In this document: one piece after another, positions 1 to 10,318 of the stretch
How positions within the stretch are numbered: position 1 is the first letter of the stretch
Layout of the letters: each line of letters begins with the position of its first letter
NCBI GenBank assembly: GCA_002319885.1
Contig: DCFT01000112.1
Location: 2,820-66,819 of the forward strand
Direction of reading: 5' to 3'
Source: Bacteroidales bacterium UBA1797
GTDB taxonomy: Bacteria > Bacteroidota > Bacteroidia > Bacteroidales > VadinHA17
Length of the DNA stretch: 64,000 nucleotides
Made by a program: the position numbers and the translations under genes
The notes under the pieces: generated by a model
What the model was told of the DNA's origin: nothing
What the model saw: only the letters and a program-made list of their open reading frames with translations
The model's database searches: none

Positions 1-40
1 CTAAAATAATCAATCCAGGTAAAAATTTTAATTTTTTCAT
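1..40 (-). CDS. 5' end of a gene running off the left edge (signal-peptide-like N-terminus MKKLKFLPGLIIL)
   Basis: The reverse complement of 1-40 reads ATG AAA AAA TTA AAA TTT TTA CCT GGA TTG ATT ATT TTA. Only 13 codons are visible. Confidence 0.25.
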   Translation of the reverse strand, partial: MKKLKFLPGLIIL

Positions 41-133
41 AATCTATAAATACCAGCCATTTACATTAATATTAGACCATTCATCTTTCCTTGAAAGCCA
101 TGTAATTAGTTTTTTATGGTCATTTAATACAGT

Positions 134-3100
134 TTATTTTAATTCCAGTAATCTCAGTGAATCATTATTGATTGCGAACAGTAAGGCATCATTTCCTGAA
201 GCCAATTTAATCTTCCTGATAGCCTTCACTTCACCTTTAATCATAAGGGTGCTCTCTGACGGTGGTACAACCTTTATATCACCTTTGGTATCTGATAGTA
301 ATACCAGCCCAATACTTGCATCATTTCTGGGCGTCTCTACCTCTGATCCATATAAATTGCCCGCAACAATGAAAGCAGTACTATTTTCTTTATATTTTAT
401 TTCAACTATATCATTGATGGAAGAAAATTGAGCCCAATTTGGGAGTTTATGCATTGTGAATTCCCCTTTTCCTTTATTTTCAATCCAATAACTGGCAAAA
501 GTATCTGCCTTATAATGCAAAGAAGCCTTCAACATTTGTTCTCCATATATCTCTTGCAGTGTTGCCCGTGCAAAATCTTCATAACCTTTGTACCTGAGTT
601 TCAGAACCGGAATCTGTCTGACAGTAGCATCAAAACCAGTGACCGGATAATTTTTCCCGTTCTCACTATAACCAAGCACTATATCTGACTTCCCATTTAC
701 ATCAAAATCATTGGAGTATATTTCAAATGGTTCTTTTTCGCTGGTTTTGTACTTATAATTTAATCCAAGATTACCCACCAGGTAATCGTTATCGCCATCC
801 TTATCAATATCGATACTATTAATACTACTCCACCAGCCGACAGTTTCTTTAAATCCTAATTTATCAGAAACATCTACAAATCTATTTGAAGAATTTTTTA
901 AGAAGTGAATTTTCATCCATTCACCCACAATTATAAGGTCAACATTCCCATCGTTGTCAAAATCATCCCAGACAGCATCTGTGACAAGTCCCAGATTTAA
1001 AAGTTCCGGGGCTATTTTTTCTGTAACATTTTCAAATTTCAGATCAGCTCCTTTTTTCCCGTTATTTTTCAAAATATAACTATTAGCCGGGAGAGGGTAT
1101 TTTCCGGGAACAATACGTCCTCCTAAGAATAAATCCAGATGTCCATCCTTGTCATAATCTGCAGCTTTTACACATTTCCCGCTTTTATTTAAGTCTGCAG
1201 GCAGACAATTGTTACATTTAACAAAACCCTGTCCTGTATTTAAATACAACCTATCCTGGTAAAATTCCTTTTTTTCCCTGTCGTCGTTCCCTCCGCTAAC
1301 CACGTATAGATCCAATCTCCCATCATTGTCAGCATCAAACAGTAAGGCCCCTGTATCTTCATAAAGCGAATCGTTTATCCACGGGCCAGGTATTTCCTTA
1401 AATGTACCTTTTTCAGTCTGCAAATACATAGCTGCCTTAAAACCCTTAGCATTGCCAATAAAAAAATCTTCAAGTCCGTCTCCATTTATGTCGCCAACAG
1501 TTAAACCAGGGCCCATCTGTGAATTCTTGTATGGAAGCAACTCTTCATACTCAAAATCATCGAATTTATCTTCGTGATGAACAAATGTTATTCCGGCCTG
1601 CTTTGTTATGTCATTAAAATTTAATTTTTGAGCGGGTTTTTCTTCGGCAGCAACTGCATCGATATATTTTAATTTAAGTGTCTGGTCCGCTCTGATGTTT
1701 TTTAGTATTTGTTGTTTTTTATCCGGCCATATAACGGTTACTTCATCTATAGTGTCTTTTTGAGCTAAACCAAAATGAATGGTGGTTGGAACACTCGACT
1801 GATAGCCCCTTGTAAGAGTAAGTTCCTGTTTTTGTGTAATATCGCCTGTCCTTACTGTTACGATGCTGCCTATACCAAATGGATTGGTAACCGATCCGGC
1901 AAGATTAATTTTCAAATAATGATTGTTGGCAGGAACGATTCTGTTTTCATAAATGTCAGCAACAGAATTTATATTATTAATTATTATATCCAAATCACCA
2001 TCATTATCCAGATCGCTGTAAGCGACTCCATTTGAAAAACCCGGTTTTTCAAAACCCCAGCTATCCGACTTGTTGGTAAATGTAAAATCGCCGTTATTTT
2101 TGAAGACATGATTTTTTACCGGTGTACTGGGAAAGAGTTCCGGACGGTATTCCTTTCTAACCTTGAAATAAATATTACTCCTTGAATCTTCCAAAACGTC
2201 TCTGTCGTTGATATCTCTTAATACACCGCTGGTTATAAACAGATCCTTGTTCCCGTCATTATCCATATCCATAAAAAGGCCTCCCCAGCTCCAGTCTGTA
2301 TATGCAACACCTGCAAACAAAGAAATATTACTGTAAATGGGGATATTATTAAAAATGCCATTGTTTAGCTGTAAAGAATTTTGCATGTACTGATAATGTA
2401 AACCATAATCAAGGCTTTGGTAAAATGTCTGACGACTCATAGGACTAACATTCACCATTCTGCGATAATGATCTTCAGGAGTCATATCTATCTGATATAA
2501 ATCGATGAGTCCGTCATTGTTAATATCGGCAGCATCAAATCCCATTCCGAAAATGGATGTTTGAGAAGTAGCTTCTCTCACAACATTTTTAAATGTCCCG
2601 TCTCCATTGTTTAAATATAAGTAATCTGGTACATTGAAATCATTTGAGATGTATAAGTCTTTCCAGCCATCATTATTATAATCCATTGCAACCACCCCTA
2701 TTGACATACCAAAGTTTTGCACTCCCGCTTCCTTTGTTACATCAGTAAAAGTATTATTACCATTATTTCTATATAAGTGTCCCGATTCTTCGTATTTATT
2801 TTCAATCATCTTATCATGATAGAATTTGGCCCCCATACTTACGGGTACGATTGGATAATTGGCAACATATAAATCCAGAAGTCCATCATTATTATAATCA
2901 AAAAAAGTTGCCTGAACAGCAGAACTCTTGTCGTTGATGCCATAATTTGCAGCACATTCGGTAAAAGTATTATCATGGTTATTAATAAAAAGTAAATTAC
3001 CTTTTGGTTGATATTTAGCTGAAACACACACGTAAATATCCAGCCAGCCGTCATTATTCACGTCTGCCATAGTTGAACCCGTAAACCATTGATGATTACC

Positions 3101-3412
3101 TTCTATACCTGCTTTTTCTGATATATCCTCAAATTTCATATTACCCTTGTTGAGATAAAGCTTGTTTTTGACAAGATTCCCTGTAAAAAAGATATCATCG
3201 AGACCGTCATTATTAATATCGCCTACAGAAACGCCTCCGCCCATATACATATATGGAAAAATCAGATAATTCAATGTGTCGTTTTCTGTCACCTTATTAT
3301 TGAAATCAATACCTGAACTGGAAGGTGATATCTTTTTAAATGTCCCTTTGGAAGGTTTGCCACAGGAAAACAGAAGGAGGCATATAAAAATTAAACCGAA
3401 ATATGATCTCAT
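134..3412 (-). CDS. FG-GAP/VCBS-repeat lipoprotein with ASPIC/UnbV-like C-terminal region (CRTAC1-like)
   Basis: 1092-aa ORF. The lipoprotein signal ends in LLFSCGK. There are many repeats of the DxNxDGxxD / FG-GAP type (DINNDGLDDIFF, DVNNDGWLDIYV, DYNNDGLLDLYV, DLDNDGDLDIII, and others). It is a paralog of 5197-8556. Confidence 0.85.
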   Translation of the reverse strand: MRSYFGLIFICLLLFSCGKPSKGTFKKISPSSSGIDFNNKVTENDTLNYLIFPYMYMGGGVSVGDINNDGLDDIFFTGNLVKNKLYLNKGNMKFEDISEKAGIEGNHQWFTGSTMADVNNDGWLDIYVCVSAKYQPKGNLLFINNHDNTFTECAANYGINDKSSAVQATFFDYNNDGLLDLYVANYPIVPVSMGAKFYHDKMIENKYEESGHLYRNNGNNTFTDVTKEAGVQNFGMSIGVVAMDYNNDGWKDLYISNDFNVPDYLYLNNGDGTFKNVVREATSQTSIFGMGFDAADINNDGLIDLYQIDMTPEDHYRRMVNVSPMSRQTFYQSLDYGLHYQYMQNSLQLNNGIFNNIPIYSNISLFAGVAYTDWSWGGLFMDMDNDGNKDLFITSGVLRDINDRDVLEDSRSNIYFKVRKEYRPELFPSTPVKNHVFKNNGDFTFTNKSDSWGFEKPGFSNGVAYSDLDNDGDLDIIINNINSVADIYENRIVPANNHYLKINLAGSVTNPFGIGSIVTVRTGDITQKQELTLTRGYQSSVPTTIHFGLAQKDTIDEVTVIWPDKKQQILKNIRADQTLKLKYIDAVAAEEKPAQKLNFNDITKQAGITFVHHEDKFDDFEYEELLPYKNSQMGPGLTVGDINGDGLEDFFIGNAKGFKAAMYLQTEKGTFKEIPGPWINDSLYEDTGALLFDADNDGRLDLYVVSGGNDDREKKEFYQDRLYLNTGQGFVKCNNCLPADLNKSGKCVKAADYDKDGHLDLFLGGRIVPGKYPLPANSYILKNNGKKGADLKFENVTEKIAPELLNLGLVTDAVWDDFDNDGNVDLIIVGEWMKIHFLKNSSNRFVDVSDKLGFKETVGWWSSINSIDIDKDGDNDYLVGNLGLNYKYKTSEKEPFEIYSNDFDVNGKSDIVLGYSENGKNYPVTGFDATVRQIPVLKLRYKGYEDFARATLQEIYGEQMLKASLHYKADTFASYWIENKGKGEFTMHKLPNWAQFSSINDIVEIKYKENSTAFIVAGNLYGSEVETPRNDASIGLVLLSDTKGDIKVVPPSESTLMIKGEVKAIRKIKLASGNDALLFAINNDSLRLLELK

Positions 3413-3464
3413 GATGTATAGAATAGAATTCGCAGGCTGAATATATTACAATTATTTTTAAATA

Positions 3465-5105
3465 TTAATATCCGGGATTTTGATCATTCTGTGTAATGGC
3501 AGGATTTGAATCAATCTCAGACTGTGGAATAGGCCATAAATAATTTCTGGCCGGATCAAAACTAAACATATATTTCATGTAATAGGGCAACTTGGGCATG
3601 GCCTCCTCCCTGATAAATGCCTCAAGACGACGCCATCTGATAAGGTCGTTGATACGTACCTGCTCATTGCAAAGCTCAATTTTGCGTTCATGTTCAATGG
3701 CTTTTCTAAGTTGCTCCTGATTGGTAACCGGATAAATGTTATCCATTTCAGGCGAACCGTAATTTGGCATCATTACGTCAGGCCTGTTTCTTACCTGATT
3801 AAGATATTTAATGGCGTCAGGAATATTGCCAAGTTCATTTTCTATTTCGGCCATCATTAGCAAAACATCGGCCAGTCTGATCACCCTGGTATTGATTCCT
3901 GAATAATTACTTTCAGATTTTTGCTTGTAATAATTCTGGTATTTTTTCCAGCCATATTGAAACAATATTTCATTAAGAAGAACACCGTCCTTCCAATATC
4001 TGAGGGTATCGGTATATAAAACAGCTGTATCTTTTCCCTTGTTGTATAAATCACCAGTCTGATAAATACAATAACCCAATCTGGGGTCATTTTTAACGCC
4101 ATTGTCTGCTACTGTTTCAAATTCCTCTACGAGATCCCGGAAGGGATAAGCGTTATACCAGTTGAAACAACCATATTCAATTCCTCTTAAAGAACATTCG
4201 TTCAATCCGGTCCCATTATCATCAGATGACCAAAGATTGGCAGTACCCAATGCAGGGTTGAACTCAACTTCAAAAACAGATTCAGGACCATGTTCTGTTT
4301 CTTCTTCAAAATTATTGCTATACCTGGCCTCAAGTTCGTAGTTTTCATGATCATCAATAACCTTAAGAAAGGCATTTCTGGCTGCAAGAAAATCAGCCGG
4401 ATCTTTGGAATCATTGGCCTGAAACAGATGAGCCTTGCCTAAAAGGGCCCAGGCTGCTCCGGAGGTAGCCCTTCCTTTTTCTTCAAGGTTTTTCGGAAGG
4501 CATTTCGTTGCTGCAAAGGATAAGTCAGTTTCAATCTGAGCCCAGACAAGTGCTTTCGGACTTCGTGGCATGCCAGTATTACCTTCCGTATTCTCGACAA
4601 TCAATGGAATATCTCCAAACCTGGTGACAAGAAGAAAGTAATATAAAGCCCTTAAAAACCTTGCTTCACCAAGATACTTGTCTTTTTTAATCTTTGACAT
4701 CAATCTTTCAGGTATCTTGTTTATCGCTTCCTCATTATGAATGACAAAATTGGCTCTGTTAATTCCCGCATAACATCTTTTCCAATATTCAGCGATAAAA
4801 ATATTGTTGGCATCAAAAGTATATAGTAAAAATACATGATAAACAGGATCAGCGGTGTTTAATTGCTCGAAAGCCATAAAATCCATGCTATAATACAAAG
4901 TACGCTGATAAAGCCCGTCGGTTTGTAAGTTGGCATAAACAGCATTAACTGCTTGTTGAACCTCGGCTTCGGTTTTAAAGAAAGTACCGGGTGTCGGTTC
5001 GTTAGGATTTGTCAGTTCGAGTTTATCTACATTGCAGCTATTTAGATGTAAGAACAAAATAATTGATACATTAACAAGAAAGATTCTTTGCTGATACATA
5101 GCCAA
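3465..5105 (-). CDS. SusD/RagB-family outer-membrane nutrient-binding lipoprotein (second copy, no adjacent SusC)
   Basis: 546-aa ORF with lipobox LNSC. SusD-like motifs include YLGEARFLRALYYFLLVTRFGDIPL and a C-terminal IRWRRLE...LWPIPQSEID...QNPGY. It is a paralog of 8666-10297. Confidence 0.9.
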   Translation of the reverse strand: MAMYQQRIFLVNVSIILFLHLNSCNVDKLELTNPNEPTPGTFFKTEAEVQQAVNAVYANLQTDGLYQRTLYYSMDFMAFEQLNTADPVYHVFLLYTFDANNIFIAEYWKRCYAGINRANFVIHNEEAINKIPERLMSKIKKDKYLGEARFLRALYYFLLVTRFGDIPLIVENTEGNTGMPRSPKALVWAQIETDLSFAATKCLPKNLEEKGRATSGAAWALLGKAHLFQANDSKDPADFLAARNAFLKVIDDHENYELEARYSNNFEEETEHGPESVFEVEFNPALGTANLWSSDDNGTGLNECSLRGIEYGCFNWYNAYPFRDLVEEFETVADNGVKNDPRLGYCIYQTGDLYNKGKDTAVLYTDTLRYWKDGVLLNEILFQYGWKKYQNYYKQKSESNYSGINTRVIRLADVLLMMAEIENELGNIPDAIKYLNQVRNRPDVMMPNYGSPEMDNIYPVTNQEQLRKAIEHERKIELCNEQVRINDLIRWRRLEAFIREEAMPKLPYYMKYMFSFDPARNYLWPIPQSEIDSNPAITQNDQNPGY

Positions 5106-5196
5106 TTATTTTAGACCATATTAAAACTATTTTTATTTATCTGAATATTAGTATGTTATTTTTAATATATATGCAAACCGGAATTAGAAAAGCTGT

Positions 5197-8100
5197 TTAT
5201 TTGAATTTAAAGATCTGAAGTCTTTCATTATTGTTTCCGACTAAAACAGCTTTGTCTTTACCAGCATTATTCAGGTGAATTAATGATAATGCCCGAACTT
5301 CCCCGGGAACAAAAAATCCTGAAAGTCTTGAGGGAACAACTTCAAAACCTCCCTTACCATCACCTTTCAGAAACGCACCAACTCCCCCGTCATTTCTTGG
5401 TGTAACAGTTTCTACATCAAAGAGATTCCCGGCAGCTAAAATATCCAGATGCCCATCATTATCAAAATCATCAATAATAAAATCATTTATTGAAGATAAC
5501 TGCGCTTCATTTGGCAACCTGTGAATTTTAAACTTCCCATTCCCGATATTTTCAAAATAACAGCTGGCAAAGGTCTCAGCCTGAAGATGCAAAGATTCAT
5601 CTAATACTTTTTTTGTATAAATATCTGAGACGGTTGCTTCAGCAAAGCTCTTATAAGTAGGAAATTTCTTTGCTACCCAGGGATTCTGGTCGATAAAACT
5701 TTTTCTGCTTCTTAAAGGAAATTGTTTCCCATTTTGAAAATAGCTTAATACAATATCCGAATTCCCGTTATTGTTAAAATCTCCCGCATAAACATCAAAT
5801 GTTTTGTCGCTACTTGCCTTATATCTGGAATTTAAACCAAGATTGCCTGCTACCAGATCAATATCACCATCATTATCAAAATCAGCGCCATCAATGCTAA
5901 ACCACCATCCCTTTGTTCCTTCAATAGTAGTTTTTTCAAATTTCCCATGTTTGTTTTCAAATATGCAGACAGGCATCCATTCGCCTGCGATTACCAGATC
6001 CGTCCAATGATCATTATCAATATCACCGCAAAATGCAGAAGTAACCATACCTGTATTTAAAAGATCAGGTGCCACTTCTTTTGTAACATCTGCAAATTTT
6101 ACAACTCCATTAATGGTTCTGTTTTCCAGAATGTAGCTACTTGCAGGAAAAGGATATTTTCCGGGTACCTGCCTTCCTCCGATAAATAAATCCAGATCGC
6201 CATCGTTGTCAAAATCAATAGCTCTAACACATGATCCGTTAGACGTTATTGCAGGCAATGAATTTGGACTTTTGGAAAAATTACCTTTACCATCATTTAG
6301 ATAAAGACGGTCAGTATAGCTTTTTGAATCTTTCGGGAGATCATAACCTCCGCTTGCAACATATAAATCAAGATCTCCATCATTATCAGCATCAAAAAGC
6401 AAAGTTCCGGTAGCTTCAAACAGACTATCGTTCACCCAGGGCCCCTCCTTAATTCTGAAAGTTCCGTTTTTATTCTGGATATACATCCTACCCGGACTTT
6501 TAGATGCATTCCCAATATAAAAATCCTCAAGCTGATCGTTGTTAACATCACCTACAATAATGTCAGGTCCTTGATTTGACATCTTATGAGGTAGTAAAAC
6601 CTGATCTCTATAATCATTATGAATGTTCCCTTTATGAATAAATTCCAGTCCTGTTGAATCAGTTATTTCTTTAAAAATCTTTTGAATTTTCACCTTACGC
6701 TCAACAAGTGATATTGCATCAGAATGTTTTAGCGTCAGTTTTTGATTTGCTTTGATATTTTTCAAATTCTGGACCATTCCATCGGTCCATTTCACATAAA
6801 GTGAATCAATAGATTCATACTTATTCAGACCAAAGTATAGAATTGGTTCCACGGAAGACTCATATCCCCTTGATAAAGTGAGTTCTGCCATCTGCATTTT
6901 TCCTCCGGTCCAGATTGTTACAATTGAGCCGATTCCCATTTTATTTGAAGAAGTACCTTCAAATTCAACTTTAAGATAATTCCCTGACTTTTTTTCACTT
7001 GCATTGTTTTTATATATAGACGCCTCACCGTCTATATTATTAACAATAAGTTCCAGGTCGCCGTCGTTATCAAGATCAGCGTATGCCACCCCATTTGAAT
7101 AACCTTCGTCCTTTATACCCCATTCCTCATTGTATTTAGAAAAAGTAAGATCGCCATTGTTCTTATATATGTAATTTACCAGGGTTTTAAAAGGCATACC
7201 TTTCACTAGTTTTAACATTTCGGTTTTACTCAGCCCTTTTTTAGAATTTGAAGATTCTGCTATTTTATTAAAATAATCAAGATTATTTATGTCTCTGCGT
7301 ATACCACATGTTATGAATAAATCTTTCCAGCCGTCAAGGTCGTAATCTGCAAACAAAGCCGCCCAACTCCAGTCAGTTGAAGTAACACCCGCTATCCAGG
7401 CGGAATTGCTGAAAAAAGGTAAGCCATTCGCCATTATACCCCTGTTAAGCTGTAAAGTACTATATCTGTACTGATAATGTAACCCTTCCTTCACCATTTC
7501 CTCAAAATCCTGCGAACTCATTGTTGACATATTCTCTTTCGCTCTTTTATTATCTTCAGGTGCCATATCAATTTGCATAATGTCAAGTAATCCATCGTTA
7601 TTATAATCTGCAACATCGGCACCCATACCATAAAAAGAAGTCTGGCCCAGAACTTCGCCGGCTTTGTCAGAAAAAGTTCCATCGGCGTTGTTAAAGTAAA
7701 AATAATCGGGGCAGGTAAAATCGTTAGAAAGGTATAAGTCCTTATATCCGTCCTGGTTAAAGTCACTTACTGTTGCACTTAGTGTTAATCCAAATGATAA
7801 TAAACCACTCTCTCTGGTAACATCTGTAAAAGTACCATCACCATTGTTTCGATATAAATGACCAGAATCAATCCACTTTACATTTCTCATCATTTGTTTA
7901 TAAGAATAAGGAGTAGCTTTAAAATTTGTTATGGGATAATTTGCCACATACAAATCCAGGTCGCCATCGTTGTCATAATCGAAAAAAGTACTCTGGGTAC
8001 TCATTCCCGGATCGTTAATACCATATTTTTTAGCTTCTTCCCTGAAAACAGGAATACCATCTTTATTGATGCCCTGATTAACAAATAATAAATTTTCGTG

Positions 8101-8556
8101 ATTCGTGGATAATCCGGAAACACTCACATAAATATCAGGCAGGCCATCATTGTTGATATCACAGATGGTTGAACCCAGCATCCAGCGATGGTCTCCACCT
8201 GTCCCTGAAATTTTGGTAATGTCTAAAAATTTCAGGTTTCCCATATTGAGATACAAGCGGTTGCTGACCATATTACCGGTAAAATAGATATCAGTCAGAC
8301 CATCATTATTAAAGTCTCCAACAGAAACCCCTCCGCCCATATATATGTAGGGATAAAGAAAATAGTTAAGAGTATCGGTCTCGGTCAGTGTGTTATGAAA
8401 GGTAATATTTGTTTTTGCTGACGAGAGTTTCTGAAATAGAGGACCTTCATGGGGGTTTTTCTCAGGTTTGCATGAAAAAAAAATACAAAAATTAACTATG
8501 AACAAAACTACTGGGTAAAGTCTTTTACGGTATTCAGGTTTTATAAGGTTACTCAT
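5197..8556 (-). CDS. FG-GAP/VCBS-repeat lipoprotein with ASPIC/UnbV-like C-terminal region (CRTAC1-like)
   Basis: 1119-aa ORF with lipobox FFSCKPE. It carries the same repeat architecture as 134-3412, and long colinear stretches are shared by eye (for example TLNYFLYPYIYMGGGVSVGDFNNDGLTDIYFTGN). Confidence 0.85.
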   Translation of the reverse strand: MSNLIKPEYRKRLYPVVLFIVNFCIFFSCKPEKNPHEGPLFQKLSSAKTNITFHNTLTETDTLNYFLYPYIYMGGGVSVGDFNNDGLTDIYFTGNMVSNRLYLNMGNLKFLDITKISGTGGDHRWMLGSTICDINNDGLPDIYVSVSGLSTNHENLLFVNQGINKDGIPVFREEAKKYGINDPGMSTQSTFFDYDNDGDLDLYVANYPITNFKATPYSYKQMMRNVKWIDSGHLYRNNGDGTFTDVTRESGLLSFGLTLSATVSDFNQDGYKDLYLSNDFTCPDYFYFNNADGTFSDKAGEVLGQTSFYGMGADVADYNNDGLLDIMQIDMAPEDNKRAKENMSTMSSQDFEEMVKEGLHYQYRYSTLQLNRGIMANGLPFFSNSAWIAGVTSTDWSWAALFADYDLDGWKDLFITCGIRRDINNLDYFNKIAESSNSKKGLSKTEMLKLVKGMPFKTLVNYIYKNNGDLTFSKYNEEWGIKDEGYSNGVAYADLDNDGDLELIVNNIDGEASIYKNNASEKKSGNYLKVEFEGTSSNKMGIGSIVTIWTGGKMQMAELTLSRGYESSVEPILYFGLNKYESIDSLYVKWTDGMVQNLKNIKANQKLTLKHSDAISLVERKVKIQKIFKEITDSTGLEFIHKGNIHNDYRDQVLLPHKMSNQGPDIIVGDVNNDQLEDFYIGNASKSPGRMYIQNKNGTFRIKEGPWVNDSLFEATGTLLFDADNDGDLDLYVASGGYDLPKDSKSYTDRLYLNDGKGNFSKSPNSLPAITSNGSCVRAIDFDNDGDLDLFIGGRQVPGKYPFPASSYILENRTINGVVKFADVTKEVAPDLLNTGMVTSAFCGDIDNDHWTDLVIAGEWMPVCIFENKHGKFEKTTIEGTKGWWFSIDGADFDNDGDIDLVAGNLGLNSRYKASSDKTFDVYAGDFNNNGNSDIVLSYFQNGKQFPLRSRKSFIDQNPWVAKKFPTYKSFAEATVSDIYTKKVLDESLHLQAETFASCYFENIGNGKFKIHRLPNEAQLSSINDFIIDDFDNDGHLDILAAGNLFDVETVTPRNDGGVGAFLKGDGKGGFEVVPSRLSGFFVPGEVRALSLIHLNNAGKDKAVLVGNNNERLQIFKFK

Positions 8557-8610
8557 AAGGGCTAAATCGTAAAGAATGAAGGATGAATGTACTTCAAATA
8601 ACTCAAAAGA

Positions 8611-8641
8611 AGAAATGGTCCTGTTTTACAAGACCATTTCT
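8611..8641 (-). terminator. Hairpin between susD-like and the downstream FG-GAP gene (possible partial terminator or processing site)
   Basis: The 10-bp stem agaaatggtc / gaccatttct has a 10-11 nt loop. On the minus strand it is followed by the T-rich stretch tcttttgag. Confidence 0.35.
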
Positions 8642-8665
8642 TTGAATTATAACTGGCTTTATCCG

Positions 8666-10297
8666 TTAATAACCTGGATTCTGATCTGCCTGTTCAATTT
8701 TTGGGTTAACATCAATTTCCTTCTGAGGAATAGGCCATAGCATATTTTTGGGATAACTGAATACCAAAGCAGCTTTATCGGCCTTCGGAATAGAATTCAG
8801 CAACTTAGCTGAAGTTAAGAAAGTGTTAAGCTTGTCCCATCTTACCAGGTCGGAGAAGCGAATCTGTTCGCCGCATAGTTCAACCTTGCGTTCATGCTCC
8901 AAAGCTGTCATAAATTCATCCAATGTACCCACAGGATAAATAGCATCCATTGCAGCTGTGCCATATAATGGCATATTCACATCAGCCCTTGCTCTTACCT
9001 GATTCATATAACCTACAGCCGTAGCGAGGCTACCGCCTGATCTGTTTGCTTCTGCTTCCGCTTTCATTAACAGTACATCGGCATACCTGATCACTTTCAT
9101 GTTGATGCCTGATTCATTTCCGGCAACAGCTCCTTCAGTAGCAGCTTTATAGTAGTTCTGGTATTTTCTCCAGCCTCTCCTTACATAAAAATCAGCTTCC
9201 GAGGTGGGAGTTGCAGCAACAGTCACAGGATCTATCGTCATGGTCAGGGTATTATTGTCATACAAATCACCAGTCTGGTAGCAGCAGTATCCGCGTCTGG
9301 GATCGGTTTTTACACCGTTTGCAGCAGCTGTTTCGAATTCATTCCAAAGATCTTCTGAAACGAATACGTTAAACCAGTTTAAGCAACCATATTCCTGGCC
9401 TCTGAAACAAGCCTCATTCAAACCTTCGTCAGTTCTGTCGGAATTCCATTGGCTGGAATAACCGGCTGCGATGCTAAACTGGACTTCGAAAAGGGATTCC
9501 GGTCCATTTTCGGTTTCTTCCATAAAGTTGTTAAAATAAACAGGTTCCAGTGAGTAACCGGTAATATTATTAAAAGCATCAAGAGCGCCCTGATAATTTT
9601 TCTGGTATAAACGTGCTTTGCCTAACAGAGCCCATGCAGCCCCTGAAGTAGCCCTTCCGGCTTGTTCATCAGCTTTGGAAAAACATTTTGCTGCGGCATC
9701 TTCACAGTCGGCTTCAATTTGTGCCCAAACCTGGGCTTTAGGAGTTCTGGCAACGCCTGCACTCTCTAAAGGATCAACTCCAAGATACAGGGGAACATCA
9801 CCAAATTTATCAACCAGGAAGAAATAATACAAAGCCCGCAGAAATTTTGCCTCTCCAATATACTTGTCTCTCTTAGCATCCGATAATAAACTAACAGAGA
9901 TATTGGTCTTAATTAATTCCGCATTGTTGATAACAAAATTGGCTTTATTAATGCCTCTGTAGCAAGAACTCCAGTAAGCTTCAATCAAACCATGTGTTGC
10001 ATCGAATGTGAAATTCAGCCACTGTCGCTTATCAGCTTCCTGCTGTGAGTTACATGTATTCTCATGACCCATGTTTTCATTACCATACCACATGCCACGG
10101 TTGTACATACCGGTTGTTTGTAAACTGCCATAAATAGCATTTACAGCTGACTCCACCTGAGCCGCAGTTGTAAAATATGTGTCAGGTGATAAATTGTTAG
10201 GATTCGTAAGTTGTAACTTATCCGCTTTACAGGAAAAGAATAGAACCAATGCACTGAAAAATAGTGCCGGTATGAAATATATTTTAAGTTTTTTCAT
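8666..10297 (-). CDS. SusD/RagB-family outer-membrane nutrient-binding lipoprotein
   Basis: 543-aa ORF with lipobox FFSCKAD. SusD-like motifs include YIGEAKFLRALYYFFLVDKFGDVPL and the C-terminal LWPIPQKEIDVNPKIEQADQNPGY. It lies directly downstream of the SusC-like gene. Confidence 0.9.
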   Translation of the reverse strand: MKKLKIYFIPALFFSALVLFFSCKADKLQLTNPNNLSPDTYFTTAAQVESAVNAIYGSLQTTGMYNRGMWYGNENMGHENTCNSQQEADKRQWLNFTFDATHGLIEAYWSSCYRGINKANFVINNAELIKTNISVSLLSDAKRDKYIGEAKFLRALYYFFLVDKFGDVPLYLGVDPLESAGVARTPKAQVWAQIEADCEDAAAKCFSKADEQAGRATSGAAWALLGKARLYQKNYQGALDAFNNITGYSLEPVYFNNFMEETENGPESLFEVQFSIAAGYSSQWNSDRTDEGLNEACFRGQEYGCLNWFNVFVSEDLWNEFETAAANGVKTDPRRGYCCYQTGDLYDNNTLTMTIDPVTVAATPTSEADFYVRRGWRKYQNYYKAATEGAVAGNESGINMKVIRYADVLLMKAEAEANRSGGSLATAVGYMNQVRARADVNMPLYGTAAMDAIYPVGTLDEFMTALEHERKVELCGEQIRFSDLVRWDKLNTFLTSAKLLNSIPKADKAALVFSYPKNMLWPIPQKEIDVNPKIEQADQNPGY

Positions 10298-10318
10298 AAT
10301 ATAATTCGTTTTTAAAGT